A stretch of 64,000 nucleotides of DNA from the NCBI GenBank assembly GCA_017499595.2, contig CM039007.1:2604001-2668000 (forward strand), written 5' to 3'. The DNA comes from Psilocybe cubensis (Eukaryota). Both the position numbers and the translations under genes were made by a program. The notes beneath the pieces were generated by a model. The model saw only the letters and a list, made by a program, of their open reading frames with translations, did not search any database and was not told the DNA's origin. Positions 1-13,718 of the stretch are shown piece by piece. Positions within the stretch are counted from its first letter, which is position 1; each line of letters opens with the position of its first letter.

Positions 1-472
1 CTATAGCTCATCATTGAATACTGTCTCATCGCAGTCTTATCTCATTGATATCATTGAGAACAGCAGGCTTTGGAGTCTGGACTAGACAAATTCGTGCTGC
101 ATAACAAACTAACTAACAGTACACAATACTACAATGGAACAACAGCTATCTGTAACTCGGACAGCTGAACGTCTACACTACTAGTAACTAGATGGATTGC
201 ACGGAATGATGACCGATAAAGCCGATCTATGTTTAAGAAGAATTCTTCCAACCCCTCGTCACAATAAATAGACCTCATAGCAATCAGGAAACCAAAAAAG
301 GACGAGAGAAAAGTGGGGGATGGAATAAAATGAAACAGAGTGAGGAAGCGTCCGGGGAGTACTATACATTACCAAGCAAAAAAGAAAGGGAAGATTATAC
401 ATTGGCAAGAAGAATTTGAAAAGGAGATTGAGATGATTGGCTTGGCTGGCTAGTGAAGGATCGAAAGAGGCC

Positions 473-3273
473 CTAACCGTGGAATTCGAGGCAGTTACTG
501 CACATTCCCTTCGGTTTGAAAGGGTTCTGTCTGAATTGCTCGCACTGCGCAGCACCACCAACACCCTCGAGCTCAATCGCGCTCTCAAACGGCGACCTAT
601 CATACCCATGCCCGCTTACAGACGATGCAGGCGTCGTCAATGTGGAAGCCGATCCATTCAGCGTGTGGCTTGCAGCAGCACCAGGCGCCTTCCGTTCCGG
701 AATAGGCGGACCTGTAGCGGGCACCTGGCTTATCGCACGTCGCGGAGGTGGCGGTGGGGGTATTTTCTTGGTCGGCGTCGTCGTGCCCGTTGACACACTC
801 CCGCTACCGTACACATTGCTCGCGCTCCCTCCTCCGCCCCCTAGCCCACCTGAAGTGGGGCTCGGAGCTTCACTCATGGAGCGGTTAATCAACGGCTGTT
901 GCGCGGGGTCCAACGACCGCAACATATTCCTGCGCGCTTGCGAGAGCATCGAGGGCGTTGAGAAAGAGGGCAAAGTGCTACTGTTCTGCTGCTGCTGTGT
1001 TTGGGGCTGTTGGGGCTGCTGAGGAGGCTTCGGCGGGCCCCAGTTGTCGTCGCCATTGTCATCAGGGAACGCCACCCGCTGCCGAGTACTGACTGGCTGT
1101 ATCCGTTTGGTGTCCTCGTCGTCGGCCTCGTCTGCCATGCTCCCTGTGAAGCTCGCCTTGTCGTCAAATCCACCGTAAAAGATAGGGCTGCGGTTCACCG
1201 CCATCGGCGTAGCGCGGATGATCTGCTCCTCATCAGCATCGCTCGTCATATAATGGTCATGGTCATGGTCGTGTCGGTAGTCGCCGTCAAAATCGCTGTC
1301 GTCTTGGTCGTAACCTGGGCCTGGGTGAATGACCCGTGGAGGCTTCCCAGGAGGGAACATCGACTTGTTGGACCCCACGACTTCCGTGTAAGATGTTGGA
1401 AATAGGCCTCGGTGCCCGTTAACCTCGCCCATCCACCAGTCATCCAAAACTTCATGAACAACAATGATGTCATTGCCGGCCTTGAAACTCAACTCGTCTG
1501 ACGAGCCAGAAAAGTCGTATAGTGCACGCACAACCTTCTGGCCTTGAGCCGATGGTGGTTTGAGAATCTTGGGCGTAGCAGTGGTCGTTCCTGAGAGACT
1601 TTCTTTTGATTTGTTCTTGGAGCTTTTGCGACCAAGGGAACGGAAACTGGAAGATTTGTGGAGAGTACCATTTTCAGTGGCTCCAGGGTGCTGGTCGTCG
1701 TCGAGTGTAGTAAATGAGTCGGTGTCTTTGCTCTTCTTGTTCTTGCTTCCCGTGACAGATTCGACAGCGCTGGATGCCCAACCTGTGACGCTCTTCCGTC
1801 GTGGTCTATTATCGTCCTTCTCTTTTTCCTTGTCTTTGTCTTCTGACGAGCCTTTCGTCGTCGCCGAGCTACTTGCACGCTTCCTTGAAAGCCTCGAAGC
1901 TGGCCTTGAAGGAGGCTTACTCGCAGTAGATCCAGCTCTGGAGTGTCTGCCAGAAATAGGACCAGGAGTGGTAGGTCGATCGTCCTCGGACGAATCAGAA
2001 GGTGAAGAGTAGGTCCTTCCCTGCCCATTCACACGCGAAGGATATTGGCTATCCCTATTGAATGATCCAGAAGACTTTGACGCAGAACTAGAACCACTCA
2101 TGTAAATTACCCTGTAATGACAAAATCACAAGAAGTAGCCAGGCTACATACCGTTCCGGCCAATCCGCTTTGACATCCTTCAACACGTCAAGATAAGATT
2201 GGATGTAAGTTGTCTCCAAGTCAAGCAGCGTGCCCAGTTCGCGATATTGGTTGTGCTCATTCTCCTGGATAGCATGCATATGCGCGCGCAGATCCTCCGC
2301 GGCTTCATCGCTGTTGATGCATTACAATTAGGTTCATAATCGACGCAACATTGGGATTGGCATGACGTACTAGCGTTGCCTGGCGCGCTCCAATTCATCT
2401 TCGGCCTCTCGCCGATCCTTGTCCTTCCTGCTCGATTGCGCTTTCTCAAATTTGACCGTGGCCGAGTCGTAAATTACCCTGGGGAGCGCGATTGGCATAA
2501 GCAGCTGAGTCATAGAGTAGGGTCCATGCAAAACTCACTTTCTATTCTCAAGCTTTTTTTTGACCGCTTCGTACTCCTTAATCTGATCCTTAAATTTTTC
2601 CAGCGTTCCCATGAAAGTATCCTTGAATGTCAATGCATAAGCCTCCTGCAGCGTTGCGATTTTAGAATGTGCGCGTCCTAATTTAACCAATGCAGACCCT
2701 ATAAATATAAAACGTTAAATGAAAGATGAGAAACACGAGAACGCTATAATGAGCACCGGTTCGCTGGCACGACAGAATGATTCATGAGACATACCGAAAG
2801 TAGAATCATCACCAAATTCTTCACCATGGACAATCATAGTGATCCCCAAGATATCGATGGGAAGCATTTTCTCGACCTCGTCAAGAGATGCATTGGCCTT
2901 CTTCTTGGAAAGGGAGTGATGATACGTTCCAGACGCAACAATCAACCTGATGGTGTTCAAATGAATCAGAAAGGGGTCGAAAGCTGGCGAAACGAGCTCA
3001 ACCAAAGGCGTACCTTTGAATACCCTCCCTCCGCAATTCAATATCCTTCTCCAGCTCCTTGAACTCCTCGTTAACAGCAGGCTTTTCCTTTGACGAAATC
3101 ACCTCCCCAGCCCACTATATTTCCGAGCAAAGTGGCGTGATTAGCAAAACCAACATGATATGTCTGAGCTACAAGCATTCACCTGGCGTAAGCGTCCTAA
3201 CTGGTATTCAAACAGAACTGTGTAAGTAGCTGAAATTTCAGAACGAAGCTCGACGTACCGATTTGCTGGCCAT
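473..3273 (-). CDS. BAR-domain + SH3-domain protein (endophilin-like), multi-exon
   Basis: Spliced N-terminus MASKS-LGRLRQ-WAGEVISSKEK...LEKDIELRR, helical BAR segments (HGEEFGDDSTFG, LDLETTYIQSYLDVL), and SH3 motif VRALYDFSGSSDELSFKAGNDIIVVHEVLDDWWMGEVNGHRGLFPTSY. C-terminal CEQFRQNPFKPKGMCSNC. Confidence 0.85.
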
Positions 3274-4212
3274 CCTGTGGTCGTAAGCGTAAAGAGATTG
3301 CACAAGCCGTTACTTGAACATGGCTCTATATGAATTTGACGGATGATGCCGCTCGATCATTATTGTCCATATTTGGGATTCCCCGAAATTAGTTTGACAG
3401 TTAAATGTCAGGTTTTTGCACAAATATTTAAAATTTGTCAGAATGGCCTTAATAATATGGAGGATTTGTAGGATTATTCAAAATACATTTGCCACTCAAC
3501 GATCGTCTCCTTGTTTTTATTTTATTGAAGTACAAAAGGACAATTCGCTGCCATGGTACCACTTTCTTTGAATCACCCTTGTTTTACTTTTGTTTGATAA
3601 AACCAGATTTCCAGCAACTTGCCACAAACTGCGGACGCGTAATGACATCGCCGAGCGCCCGAGAGATAATGTTGATGATGAGAAAAAGTCGAGAACAATG
3701 ATGAATGGGAGACTGCAGGAGGTTTTGTTCAATCGCGTAGATAACTTCGGGCATGCGCGCCTAACGTCCTTGCGGTACATGGCAATAAAGATGTCAAAGC
3801 GCATTCGTTTGTGGGTCGCTTCTGCGTCGCTGAGGACAAATCTAATATCACATCACTATGCCCACCTATTTTTTTGTTGCGCACCAGGTTATGAGACCAG
3901 AAATACGATGGAAATTCTCGAGAATCGCGGGGGGCGGACTATGTCTTGGCTGACAACCCTCTTTAACTATTCTGATTGCAAGCAAATTACCGCGTTAGCG
4001 AATGATAACGATTAATAACCCCTGTCATAGAACCGACACTCACCGTGACAATCATTTACACCTCCAAACGCCTCAAGTCCCTCAATTAACAGGCAGTGCA
4101 AGTTAAAAAATGGAAGAAACTGCTACCATGGAATTACAATATAACAATTACAACGATATAAAAGATCTCGATAGGAAAGCAAACAAGAAAAAAATCAGAA
4201 AGAAGTGACGCA

Positions 4213-5936
4213 TTACGCCATCCCTTTCGCAGCTAGACGAACACCCTCCTGGATCGCAACAGCCTGTACAAGGTCACACGTAAGTATCGACCACAAGACA
4301 AAACCAAAGCTACGACGCACCTCTTCGACCCAAGGCAACTGGAAAAACTCGCTCCTCTTCAGCTCCTCCTGCCTGAGCGTCATACCCTCTGTTGGCCCAC
4401 TGCCCAAAATGCTCTCCAGATCGCGCGACTGCGACTCGAGCCAGGTCTGTATAAACTGAGCAGGGTCATTTGCAAAGCTCTCCAAGAACGTGCGCTTCAT
4501 GTGAGAGTTGTGCAGCGACTGCGCTAGGAGTGCAATCTAACGCCCAAGTCAGCATTTCAAAGAACTGGAGAAAAGGGGGAATGTGGTGCACCTCTTCGTC
4601 GATCTTCAAGAGTGCCTGTGCTGACTCTTTGCTTGTGCTGACTGTCACAGCCATCTTGTTCTTGAGCGCGGTGTCTTCCATCTTGATCTCCACATCCCAC
4701 GCTGACGTCCGCTCAGGTGGCTGGATAGTGGGGTTGACTGTGTAGTGCAGTATGATAGGGTCGGCAGCTGTCAGGTAGCGGTTTACGACGTCAGGGATTT
4801 TGTGGAATGGCATTGTCTCGCCGCCGAATATCTATGTGGACGGCTCAGCGTGTGGTATACCAGAAGAAACATAGTTAACGTACCGGTCGTAGTTTGTCGT
4901 CTGCCTTTATGATACGCCTGTCCACTTTGTCTTGCAGCCCTTGTACTTTTATGTAATTCCAAAGATTTTGAATAACGCCCATACGGCTATCCTCCTTGAC
5001 AGCCAAAACATTACCTGCAATAAGATTCAATCAATTACCCATAAGTTCCAGGATATATAATAGAAACGTACTGAGCTCTGGCAACACCTTGTACTGTTCT
5101 GGGAAGTGCTCGAGGTACATAACTACTCGAATTTTAGTGGGAGAATCGCCAGTTCGCCGAATCGTGAATCCGTCGAGAGCAGGATTGTGGTTCCCATGCG
5201 CCCGAGGCCACTGCACGCAGAGTCGGCAAATGAGCAATACGAACCAAAAAACTGACATACCTCAACAATGTTTCCCTCAGGATACACATTGGTGTCGCGG
5301 TCCAATTCCACAACCATTCGCTTAATCAACGTCGAGAACTTGCGTGGTGGTGTTTTATCTTTATGTCTCTGATTCGGTACCTGGGACATAACATGTTTAA
5401 GCATGCCAACGAAGATAGTTATGACACACGTACCTCCAGAAGTCTCCCTTCAATCTTGAATGACCATGCGGGGATGCCCTCCCCAGTCTCAAAGTTTGGA
5501 GCAACTTGGGGCTCACCCATATTCTGCCACTGTTGTCCAGACACAGTATGGCTCATGAATATACGCAGCGTCCGTGTCGTCTGCAATGAAATACAGAGCA
5601 TCCCATCCATCCTGGTCAGCATTTGGGTCATCCACACCAGCGCAGCGCCGGCGACTGAAGACTCACCGTGGGCGTCCGAGCAAGCGCATCCTGAACCTCC
5701 ATCCTCTTCCTCGTAATCGTCCAGTCCAACTTCCGCTCCATATTCAATAGGTCCTGGTACATCTGCGAGTCCTGGGCAAACTCTGGGTTCTGGAGAATAA
5801 CATTTGGGATAGACTTGTCGAGCAGCTTTCGCTTCCTACAATAACAAAAAGTCAAGTGCCATAGGTGTAAGTAATTGGAAGGCATATATTCTGTTGTACG
5901 ATGGGAGACTTACTTTATAGATTTTGGACCTTCCAT
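4213..5936 (-). CDS. SNF12: SWI/SNF-RSC SWIB-domain subunit (SNF12/RSC6/BAF60 family), multi-exon
   Basis: Segments MYQDLLNMERKLDWTITRKRMEVQDAL, RTLRIFMSHTVSGQ, WSFKIEGRLLE, RKFSTLIKRMVVELDR, DGFTIRRTGD and FLESFANDPAQFIQTWLESQSRDLE...EFFQLPWVEE. Confidence 0.9.
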
Positions 5937-7460
5937 GACTTCCTTGTCTTCGTCGCGACCTTCAAGTTTCGCGTCGGCAACAAGATTTGAGATGAACGGA
6001 GTGACGAAACAGGTCACAAAAGATCCAAACTGTGTCACGTCACGTAGTTGGTGACTGTGTATGTGGATCACATGATTGCGACGCGCCCGAGACACGCAAG
6101 TCGAAATGTCCTGATTTTCATTCATGCATTACGAGTACACTCTGGAATTGTATGGATATCTCTGTATGTACGCTAGTTTTTCCATACATATTTTAAATAT
6201 CTACCAATCTACATACTGGAGGACTAAACATCGCATCTATTGTAGTGGTTGGAGCAAGGTTGCAGTCACCATAGTTGAAGTACGCTCTTCAATGTTGTTA
6301 TTTAGTTTGATTGTCATACAGAATATATAAGATAAACGCCACTCTTTTAAAATTGGTATTAAGCTCAAAGAATATCTTTGTGCCTGGCGTAATAAGTATA
6401 CAACATCCCATCCTCCTTTGTACATTTTCTACCTGAGAAATCATAGACAGTCTTATTTAGCATATGTACAAAATACGGACGTGACGTAAGAGAAATTATT
6501 ACAGTGCTCAAGTCTACTTACAGACGGATTTAAGCCACGTTTCAAGTGATTTAAATTAGGTTGACATTTGGCGGCACTTCATATCAGGCAACACTTTTGA
6601 GTTTTAATCAAAGAAGCTAAAGGAGTCTGTATACTATATGTACATTTGTCCATATAGCTAGAGACTTATAACACATTGAATTATTATGTAACAGAGTAGA
6701 ACGTTGACGAGGGCCTCGAATAATGAGGCCACCACGCTAAAAGCCCATTGTCTGGCACAAACATGATATTGGTGGCCATAGTAGGTTTATAATTAGTCCA
6801 ATATTGAGAGTGTAACATCACGGGTAAAATGGAACACGCGGGAATTGCACCACGCGCAACCGTTGGACTAATCTGTCCCATTAACCTATGCCATGTTACT
6901 TCCTGACCACCCGTCACTCTGGGAATCCTAACCCAGGCCGGCCATGGTAAGTCGTGAACGGTGACCGAACCGTCACAGAGAGTTACCTCACTAACCAACC
7001 TTCATTAACGTTCTACGAGCTTCTGTGACGCGTTGTTCCCCTTCACGGGCATTGCACCCGGTACTGTACACGACTCGCTTTGGCGCCGTTACCAAATCGG
7101 GAAGGTGGATCAACTCGCATTGTTAATCTCGGGCGAGCGCTCGCATTGACTTCTAAAATCATTCACCTTCACATAGGGCCGACGAAAAACGTCGGCTATC
7201 TTTATATCACGAACAATGCGCGCCAGTGGATGGGCCATTAGATTGGGCAACGACGCGCTTTGCAATGGCACAACCATATATGGTCCTACCGCGTCGCATT
7301 GATTAACCATTTCACTAGACCATGACACGCATTGTGGCCTGGGTTATTGACTATAATACTCATTCAATGGAGGGTCTACGATGTTCTCCAACACGCAGCG
7401 TTGCAGCCTCCTCCAAGTTCTCGAAGCCCACTCCCCATCGAATTTTTTTCTCAATAGACC

Positions 7461-8039
7461 ATGCCCTCACTGATCGTTCTTCCGGTGACACCTGCGGACA
7501 AAATACGCGGAAAACACCAGACAGTATCTGCTACAGATGGGTTTGAAGTCAAAGTTACATTCCCCGAAGGTCCCTTAAGAATTGGACAGACTCTGAAAGG
7601 TCACAGTGGCAGAATCGACCACCTTTTCAAATATATGCTATCCCCACAAACGATTGGAATTAAAATTGTTGTATGTCTCTCTTTAACGCATTATTATATG
7701 CGCTCTAAAACCAAGCATTTTACCATAGTGGCCCGGATACGAAATGAGTGACATGATTCTAATACAAATTACTCCGCAAACTTCTCTAGCTGATGTTGCC
7801 AACAAAGTATCTTACGCGGTATACAGCTGGTTCAGGGTGAGATATGAAATAGTTTTCCTGAAACTTTTCCGTTTACGAATCATGTGCGTGGATTGTAGAG
7901 ACAGAAAGAATTGGGAAAAGAGGGTGCACTTCCGGAGCTGGACGTTCGCTCTCTGGATCCAAGTCTTGTTTACGTGACTGGGTTGACTGCAAACAAAAAC
8001 CTTCAATGTTGGCACCCGACACTTGCATTATACAAGTAA
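7461..8039 (+). CDS. Small 3-exon agaricomycete hypothetical protein with an IxWPGY motif
   Basis: GT-AG splicing joins MPSLIVLP...IGIKIV|WPGYEMSD...YSWFR|RQKELG...CWHPTLALYK* in one frame. Confidence 0.6.
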
Positions 8040-8147
8040 AGGTCCAGGGCCTTACAAAGCGGCTGTCTTTATAATTATCTATTGTTACGCTGCTATAATG
8101 TCATCCAAAACTATAACTACTAGAAGACTCAATAATAAAACACTTTT

Positions 8148-10388
8148 TCAACTCCAGCATTCCTCTATGAGGCGACCTTCTTTAACCATTAAACGTACGT
8201 ACTCTTTCGCCTCATTTGCCGAAAGGCCTCCGTGAGTTTCCATAGCGTATGCGATGGAATCTTTCACAGCAGCAGGCATTTTATTCGATGATCTGTACCC
8301 AAACCTTCGTCACGCCGTGCCAAATGTATGAACAAATACACATACCCAGACACAAGAACCCATGCTTTATGGCGACCAACCAAATCCCAAATCCTCTCAG
8401 AGTCCCGGCGAATGAGATCTTGTACATACACACGAGGTTCCCCTTCTGCTCCATCACGCGAAAACGCGGTTCTGTATGTCAACAGCTGTTTGGTGGCATA
8501 ATCTTGCCATTCAGAGGCGTAGTGTTGATCCTTTGAGGCTGACCGACAGCCAAAGTACAAGGTATTTGCTGAAAGCTCAAAGGTTCGTGAATTCATCGTT
8601 GGTGCCATTAAAAGCAGGCCTACCATGGCATCCATTCGCCACTCGTTGTTCAATGGCAGACCTCATAGGAGCTATTCCCGTTCCCGGCCCCACAAAGATG
8701 ACCGGTGTGTCATTCTTTCCCGGGAGCCTCAACAAACCCTTTCTAACACCAACTAAAAGAGTGTCACCTAGATACCAGAATGTTAAAGGTCATTGCAAAT
8801 TTATTTGAATAAATACCCACCGGGTTTAAGTATCGACAAGTATGATGTACAGACGCCTTTCCGAGGGATCTTTAATTTTGTGCGATACTTGACCATGGCG
8901 ATGCAAAGATGAATTTGATGGGGATGGACCTGGCTAAGAATTTGAAGGGAATCAAATGTATACACACAGTATCACTAACTTTGATTGAGCTTGCTATAGA
9001 GAACTCTCTCGGACGAAGAGGAGGAAAGACGTCAAAAATATAGTCTTTGGGTATTTTAACATTTCGAAATTCGGTAAGGACCTCATGTATCGTTCTCCGA
9101 ACGCGGTAGCAATAATCATATAGCTCGTCCTTGAAGGTGTCAGTGTAATAAGAACATTATAAGACACAAATTCTTACTGAGCCTTCGGGAGACAGGAACT
9201 CGTCTAATTTCTCTTGTTCGCGCTCGTCGGAAGTGAAATATCGTAAATATTGAAAAAATGAACGTTTAGGAACACTGTTGAAGTCAAGAAACCGCGTGAA
9301 CAAGATTCGTAACGTGGTAATTGGTGGTAGGTGGTCAGGTAGCGATTGATCTTGGGAACATTATTCATGAAAGAGGAGGGGTAATGGGAAAGACACGCTC
9401 ACCATACAATGCCTGCTCGATTTCAAACGGTTCGTCTGCGACATTTTGCCATCCCATGGTGATTAAGAATGACTCCACATCCGATTCTAAAGCAACAGGA
9501 TGGATAACAGCAACGTCCCCTGGAGAGTACCTGCGATTCATAATTAGCCTTCAAAGTCCTCCTCTACGATTAACCCTCACTGAATATTATCCCGAAAGTC
9601 CAGCTCGAAATGACGAACATCCTGATACCATTCTGGATCTGTGATGCGTTCGTTCTTCTTGACAATAGCTTTGTGGTATTGAAGATCCGATTTCAGAGGG
9701 TCTGCAGAGTGCTCCAAGGCGGTTTGGGATGTCTCTTTGACCTTTACACGCGGAAGTGGAACTGCTTGAACAGGTTGAATTGTGAGACCTGGTGGAAGAG
9801 GCACCAACTCGAGTAACCTTTTTATTAGGCCCTCAGTCCACGGTTGTAGGGCCCCGTCTATCCTAAGGAACAATCTGTCAGCAACCGTGCTGGTACGACT
9901 ACATGAAACTCACCCAAGACGGTGTTGTTCGTCGCCTTCTCCGCGTTCGTAGAACTCTGTGCCTCCAATTGATTCTAGCCGCCTTGAAAGTTTTTTTGCT
10001 GCCCAACAAAACTTCTCGTAGGCCGTGTCCCCGAGACCGAATACCGAAAAATACAGATCCTCGAAAGCGTCCGAGGGAAGGTCGCCTCGCAAAAGGCTGG
10101 TCCAGAGGGGAGTCATTGATCGAGGTTCTATACCAGATCCCGTAGTTGACACAACAAATATAACGATGGGTTCTGAAAGAAGATCTGGCTTTTATGTCCC
10201 TTTATTAGCGTCAAACACAAGAAAAATACCACACTTACTAATGAAAAGGAGTCAATGTTCACCACGCGACATTGAAAGGCAATTCTGCGACATTGGCGCG
10301 CGATGTAATCTGCTGCATCCTGAGCATTCCCTGTCTCCGTCGCGTAAACAACAAGTAGGCTGCGATCTTCCTCCTCTGATCCAGACAT
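8148..10388 (-). CDS. TAH18: NADPH-dependent diflavin oxidoreductase 1 (Tah18/NDOR1)
   Basis: Flavodoxin motifs YATETGNAQD, STTGSG and FGLGDTAYEKFCWAAKKL. FAD/NADPH motifs QDVRHFELD, RPREFSIASS, VGPGTGIAPM, LYFGCR and AFSRDG...VYVQDLI. Ends in EECWS*. Confidence 0.95.
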
Positions 10389-10541
10389 GGACGTCGAATT
10401 ATCAGATAAAGTTTGAGTTGTCGTGACGCGGACATCGCGTGCGTCGCAAAGGAGAACCGTGAGAAAGACAAATATCACGAACAAGCAAGCAAGTTCTCCA
10501 TTCTCGCTCTCAACACTCAACCTCCATCACCGAGCTATAGA

Positions 10542-11868
10542 ATGTCATGGCTTTCTTGGAAAAAGAATGACCCACAATCCAGTGCTCATTCCCATGCTAA
10601 TGATAGTCACATTACGAATCTAAAGGTTCAATTCAATGCCCTGCCTCCCGGTGTGGCAGCATTGATGGCATTCGCACTGGGTTCATCCACAGCTATGTCA
10701 GCTGTGATAATGTACAAGAGATATGGACGGAGGATACGAAACAGTGACTGGATCACACCAAAGCAACTTACGAGAAAGCGATGGCTGAGGGGTGTGGTGA
10801 CAAGGTACGTACATCTTTGTGTCTCCCCGCGTCCAATTGACATATGGTCCCCATTGCCAAGTGTCGGAGATGCTGACAATTTCAGACTCTTTCATACACC
10901 GCCCCTTGGAGGTTATACATGGCCTCTAAAGTTTAGGTCTATACCATCTCTCTCGAAGGGTATGTTTCTCTCCATTCATCACTCCGCTCGCTTAGTCCAA
11001 ATGTGCTAGATCTGAAGGATGAAACCATTCACATTCGCATAGCCGGTATTGATGCTCCAGAGGTAGTTTTTCGTAAATTTCTGGCGTTGATTAATTCACC
11101 AATTATGACATATCTCGCAGGCTGCGCACTTTGGAAAGCCCGCTCAACCTTACGCCGCCGAGAGCCTGGAATGGCTACGAAATAATATATTGGGAAAGTC
11201 CGTTTATTGCCAGGTCCTGCGGAAAGACCAATATACACGAATTGTAAGGTCATTCATTACCTTGGGGTTGTCAGGCTGTGCGATGTGAAGCCAAGTGGCG
11301 GTGGATGCTCAGAACGTCGCATTTATATTTGCACCAAAGCATGCCAGGACCGTTATACACTTTGAGCACCCCTTGCTGTCACGTACCCGCGATTCCGATA
11401 ACTCATTGTATTCAAGGTTGCTCAGGTGTATTTATCCCCAAGAATTCTACCCGGATTTTTATTTCACGGAAAGAACGTTTCAGCTGAGATGCTGAAAGCT
11501 GGTTGGGCGGTGACGTATCAGCAGGTTTTTCTCTATTTCCCAATATGAACTTTGTTACTTTACTGAGCATCGCACACAGGCAGGTGCCGAATATGGGCAT
11601 TTGGGTAAAGATGGGTTCCTTAGGTTAGAAAATGAAGCAAAGTATGCTATTTATGTTGCATATGTCCACATGAGTCATTCAATTTTTTTTGTTCAGGGCG
11701 GCTCGTCGAGGAATTTGGAAAGGGGGTAAATCATTGGAAACTCCATCGCAGTACAAAAGGCGTCATGCTGCTGCTACCACCTTGGAAGAAGCTGAAGCAG
11801 CCAAACCACGCTCTACGCGACTGGCGCCAAAGAAAGGCTGGCTAAGGTCGCTTTTCACGCGTTCGTAA
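10542..11868 (+). CDS. LCL3: Staphylococcal-nuclease-like endonuclease LCL3
   Basis: N-terminal TM segment, then [63 protein letters not shown] and AARRGIW. Confidence 0.9.
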
Positions 11869-12134
11869 TCCTCAATGTAAAGTGTATCTACCAGACATGT
11901 ATACCCTATGTATAGTGAGATTGATTGTTTCATTGCGATGCACAATATTGATGTGATGCACACCTTTCATGTAGGCACATCTCTGTCCTGACCTTTGTCC
12001 ACAATGCGGATAACTCCTAGCGGCCATCATCATAACGTCAATATCCAGCTTCTTATCAATACCACTGGCGCCCACAGGAACCCTGTTCGTATTTAAGCCA
12101 CATATGTGTATCTGGTGCACCCGTGCTTTCCGCA

Positions 12135-13369
12135 ATGGTCAAACCGAGACCCTCTCATATCTCCTCCCTACCTCTCGAGGTGCTTGAGAAAATCATTGAA
12201 GATATAAACGGCCTCGACGACAGACAAGTCCTCGTCGACTTCTCCCTCTCGTCTAAACTCTTCCTCCGTCTGTGCCGAGCCCACCTTTTCCGGAATGTCA
12301 AGCTTTTTCTCGAACCGGGTCCTCGAGAGGCACAGGGACATCCGTCATCAGTCCAATTTATTGCGTTTTTGGCCTCCGATCCGGATGTCGCTTCGCAAAT
12401 TCGATCATTGCACATAGTCAGTTCTGACTCCAATCATCCACATAGTTCGGAGGGTCATCGCACAGCGGTCATCGAACATCTATTCACTATTACTTCCAAG
12501 CTCAGCCATCTATGCAATCTCGTCATCCAATTCACCTTCTTCACGAACTGGTCGATGATTGATTCCCGTTTAAAGAACGTCATCAATGGGCTGTATAGTG
12601 CATCGACTCTACGGTATTTGGAGTTGAACTATCTGGAGCTCACAACTACCCAGTTACTTAGTTTACTTCGAATTCCAGAGGTGACCCTCATTGGAGTGTC
12701 TTCGATCGAACCTGTTGGATCAGAAGAAGTGCTACATCACCAGGGATCCCAGACAACGCAAAGCGCGGTGCACAACCTAAAAATTGTAATGAGAAGGCCC
12801 AACATGGCAAGATTTCTAGCAAACATCGTCCGCGACTCCTCCAAGTCGCTTAAAAGATTGGAATGGCTGTCAAGCCCCTACCACGGTGAGTACTCTCAAA
12901 CGTTGGCGACAAATGAAAGTTGGAATAATCCTTATCTTTGTTTGCAGAAATGGAAAAAACCCAACTCGAGTGTATCATTTTGCGGGATCTTCCTGAGCTC
13001 CTCTCCATTACAATTTGCATCCCCTTAGACGAGTCCGGAATAGGCGATCTCGTTACCCTATTTGGAAGTGCGAAGGGTGGAACAAATCTTTGTCGACTGG
13101 AGAGCATTCACGTCGTTTGCGACTATAAGCGTCTTCCTGACCGCCGCAGTATCGATGATTGGAACTGGCGCGGCGTAGACTCAATGCTTATTGATGATAT
13201 CTATGAGTCTTTACGTACCATGAAGGTGTCTGTCAAGAGAGTCATATACCCAAAGCACCGGCAGCCCTCGAATGAGATATACCGGAATATGCTCCGGGAG
13301 CTGTTAGATATCTTTCGGGAGAAACTGTTCATGACTTTGAACAAAGGGGTCAGGATAGAAGGCGCCTAA
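12135..13369 (+). CDS. F-box domain protein (lineage-expanded type), 2 exons
   Basis: SLPLEVLEKIIEDI...LVDFSLSSKLFLRLCRAHLFRNVKL followed by an LRR-like body. One intron at ~12886-12948. Confidence 0.8.
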
Positions 13370-13718
13370 ATCTCGTAACTGGGTTTCACACTTTTTCTTA
13401 TTTTTGATGTAGACTAACGATTGACAATCATCGTGTGGCTCCCCGTCAAGATATCTGGCAACATTTTCCTGCTTGGGATTCATTTAATGATCTTTTCATT
13501 TCAAGTTTATCGATATACGACTAATGAGTTCAGTCCACTTGCCTTTTCATACCAGCTCATATTAATTATAACCAATGTACGCCATTGAAGCTATTTATCG
13601 TTTTTCCCCACGAGATTCACAGCATATGTCACTGTCTTCAAGTTTATTCATACCACTAGATTGCTGCGGATACTTATATATGTGGAGGTACTTTTTCGTA
13701 CGATCAATGGCCGCTCGC

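Noticed and set aside
3489-4015. Overlapping 70-141 aa ORFs between the BAR-SH3 and SNF12 genes
   Set aside because: No recognisable motif or consistent splice structure.
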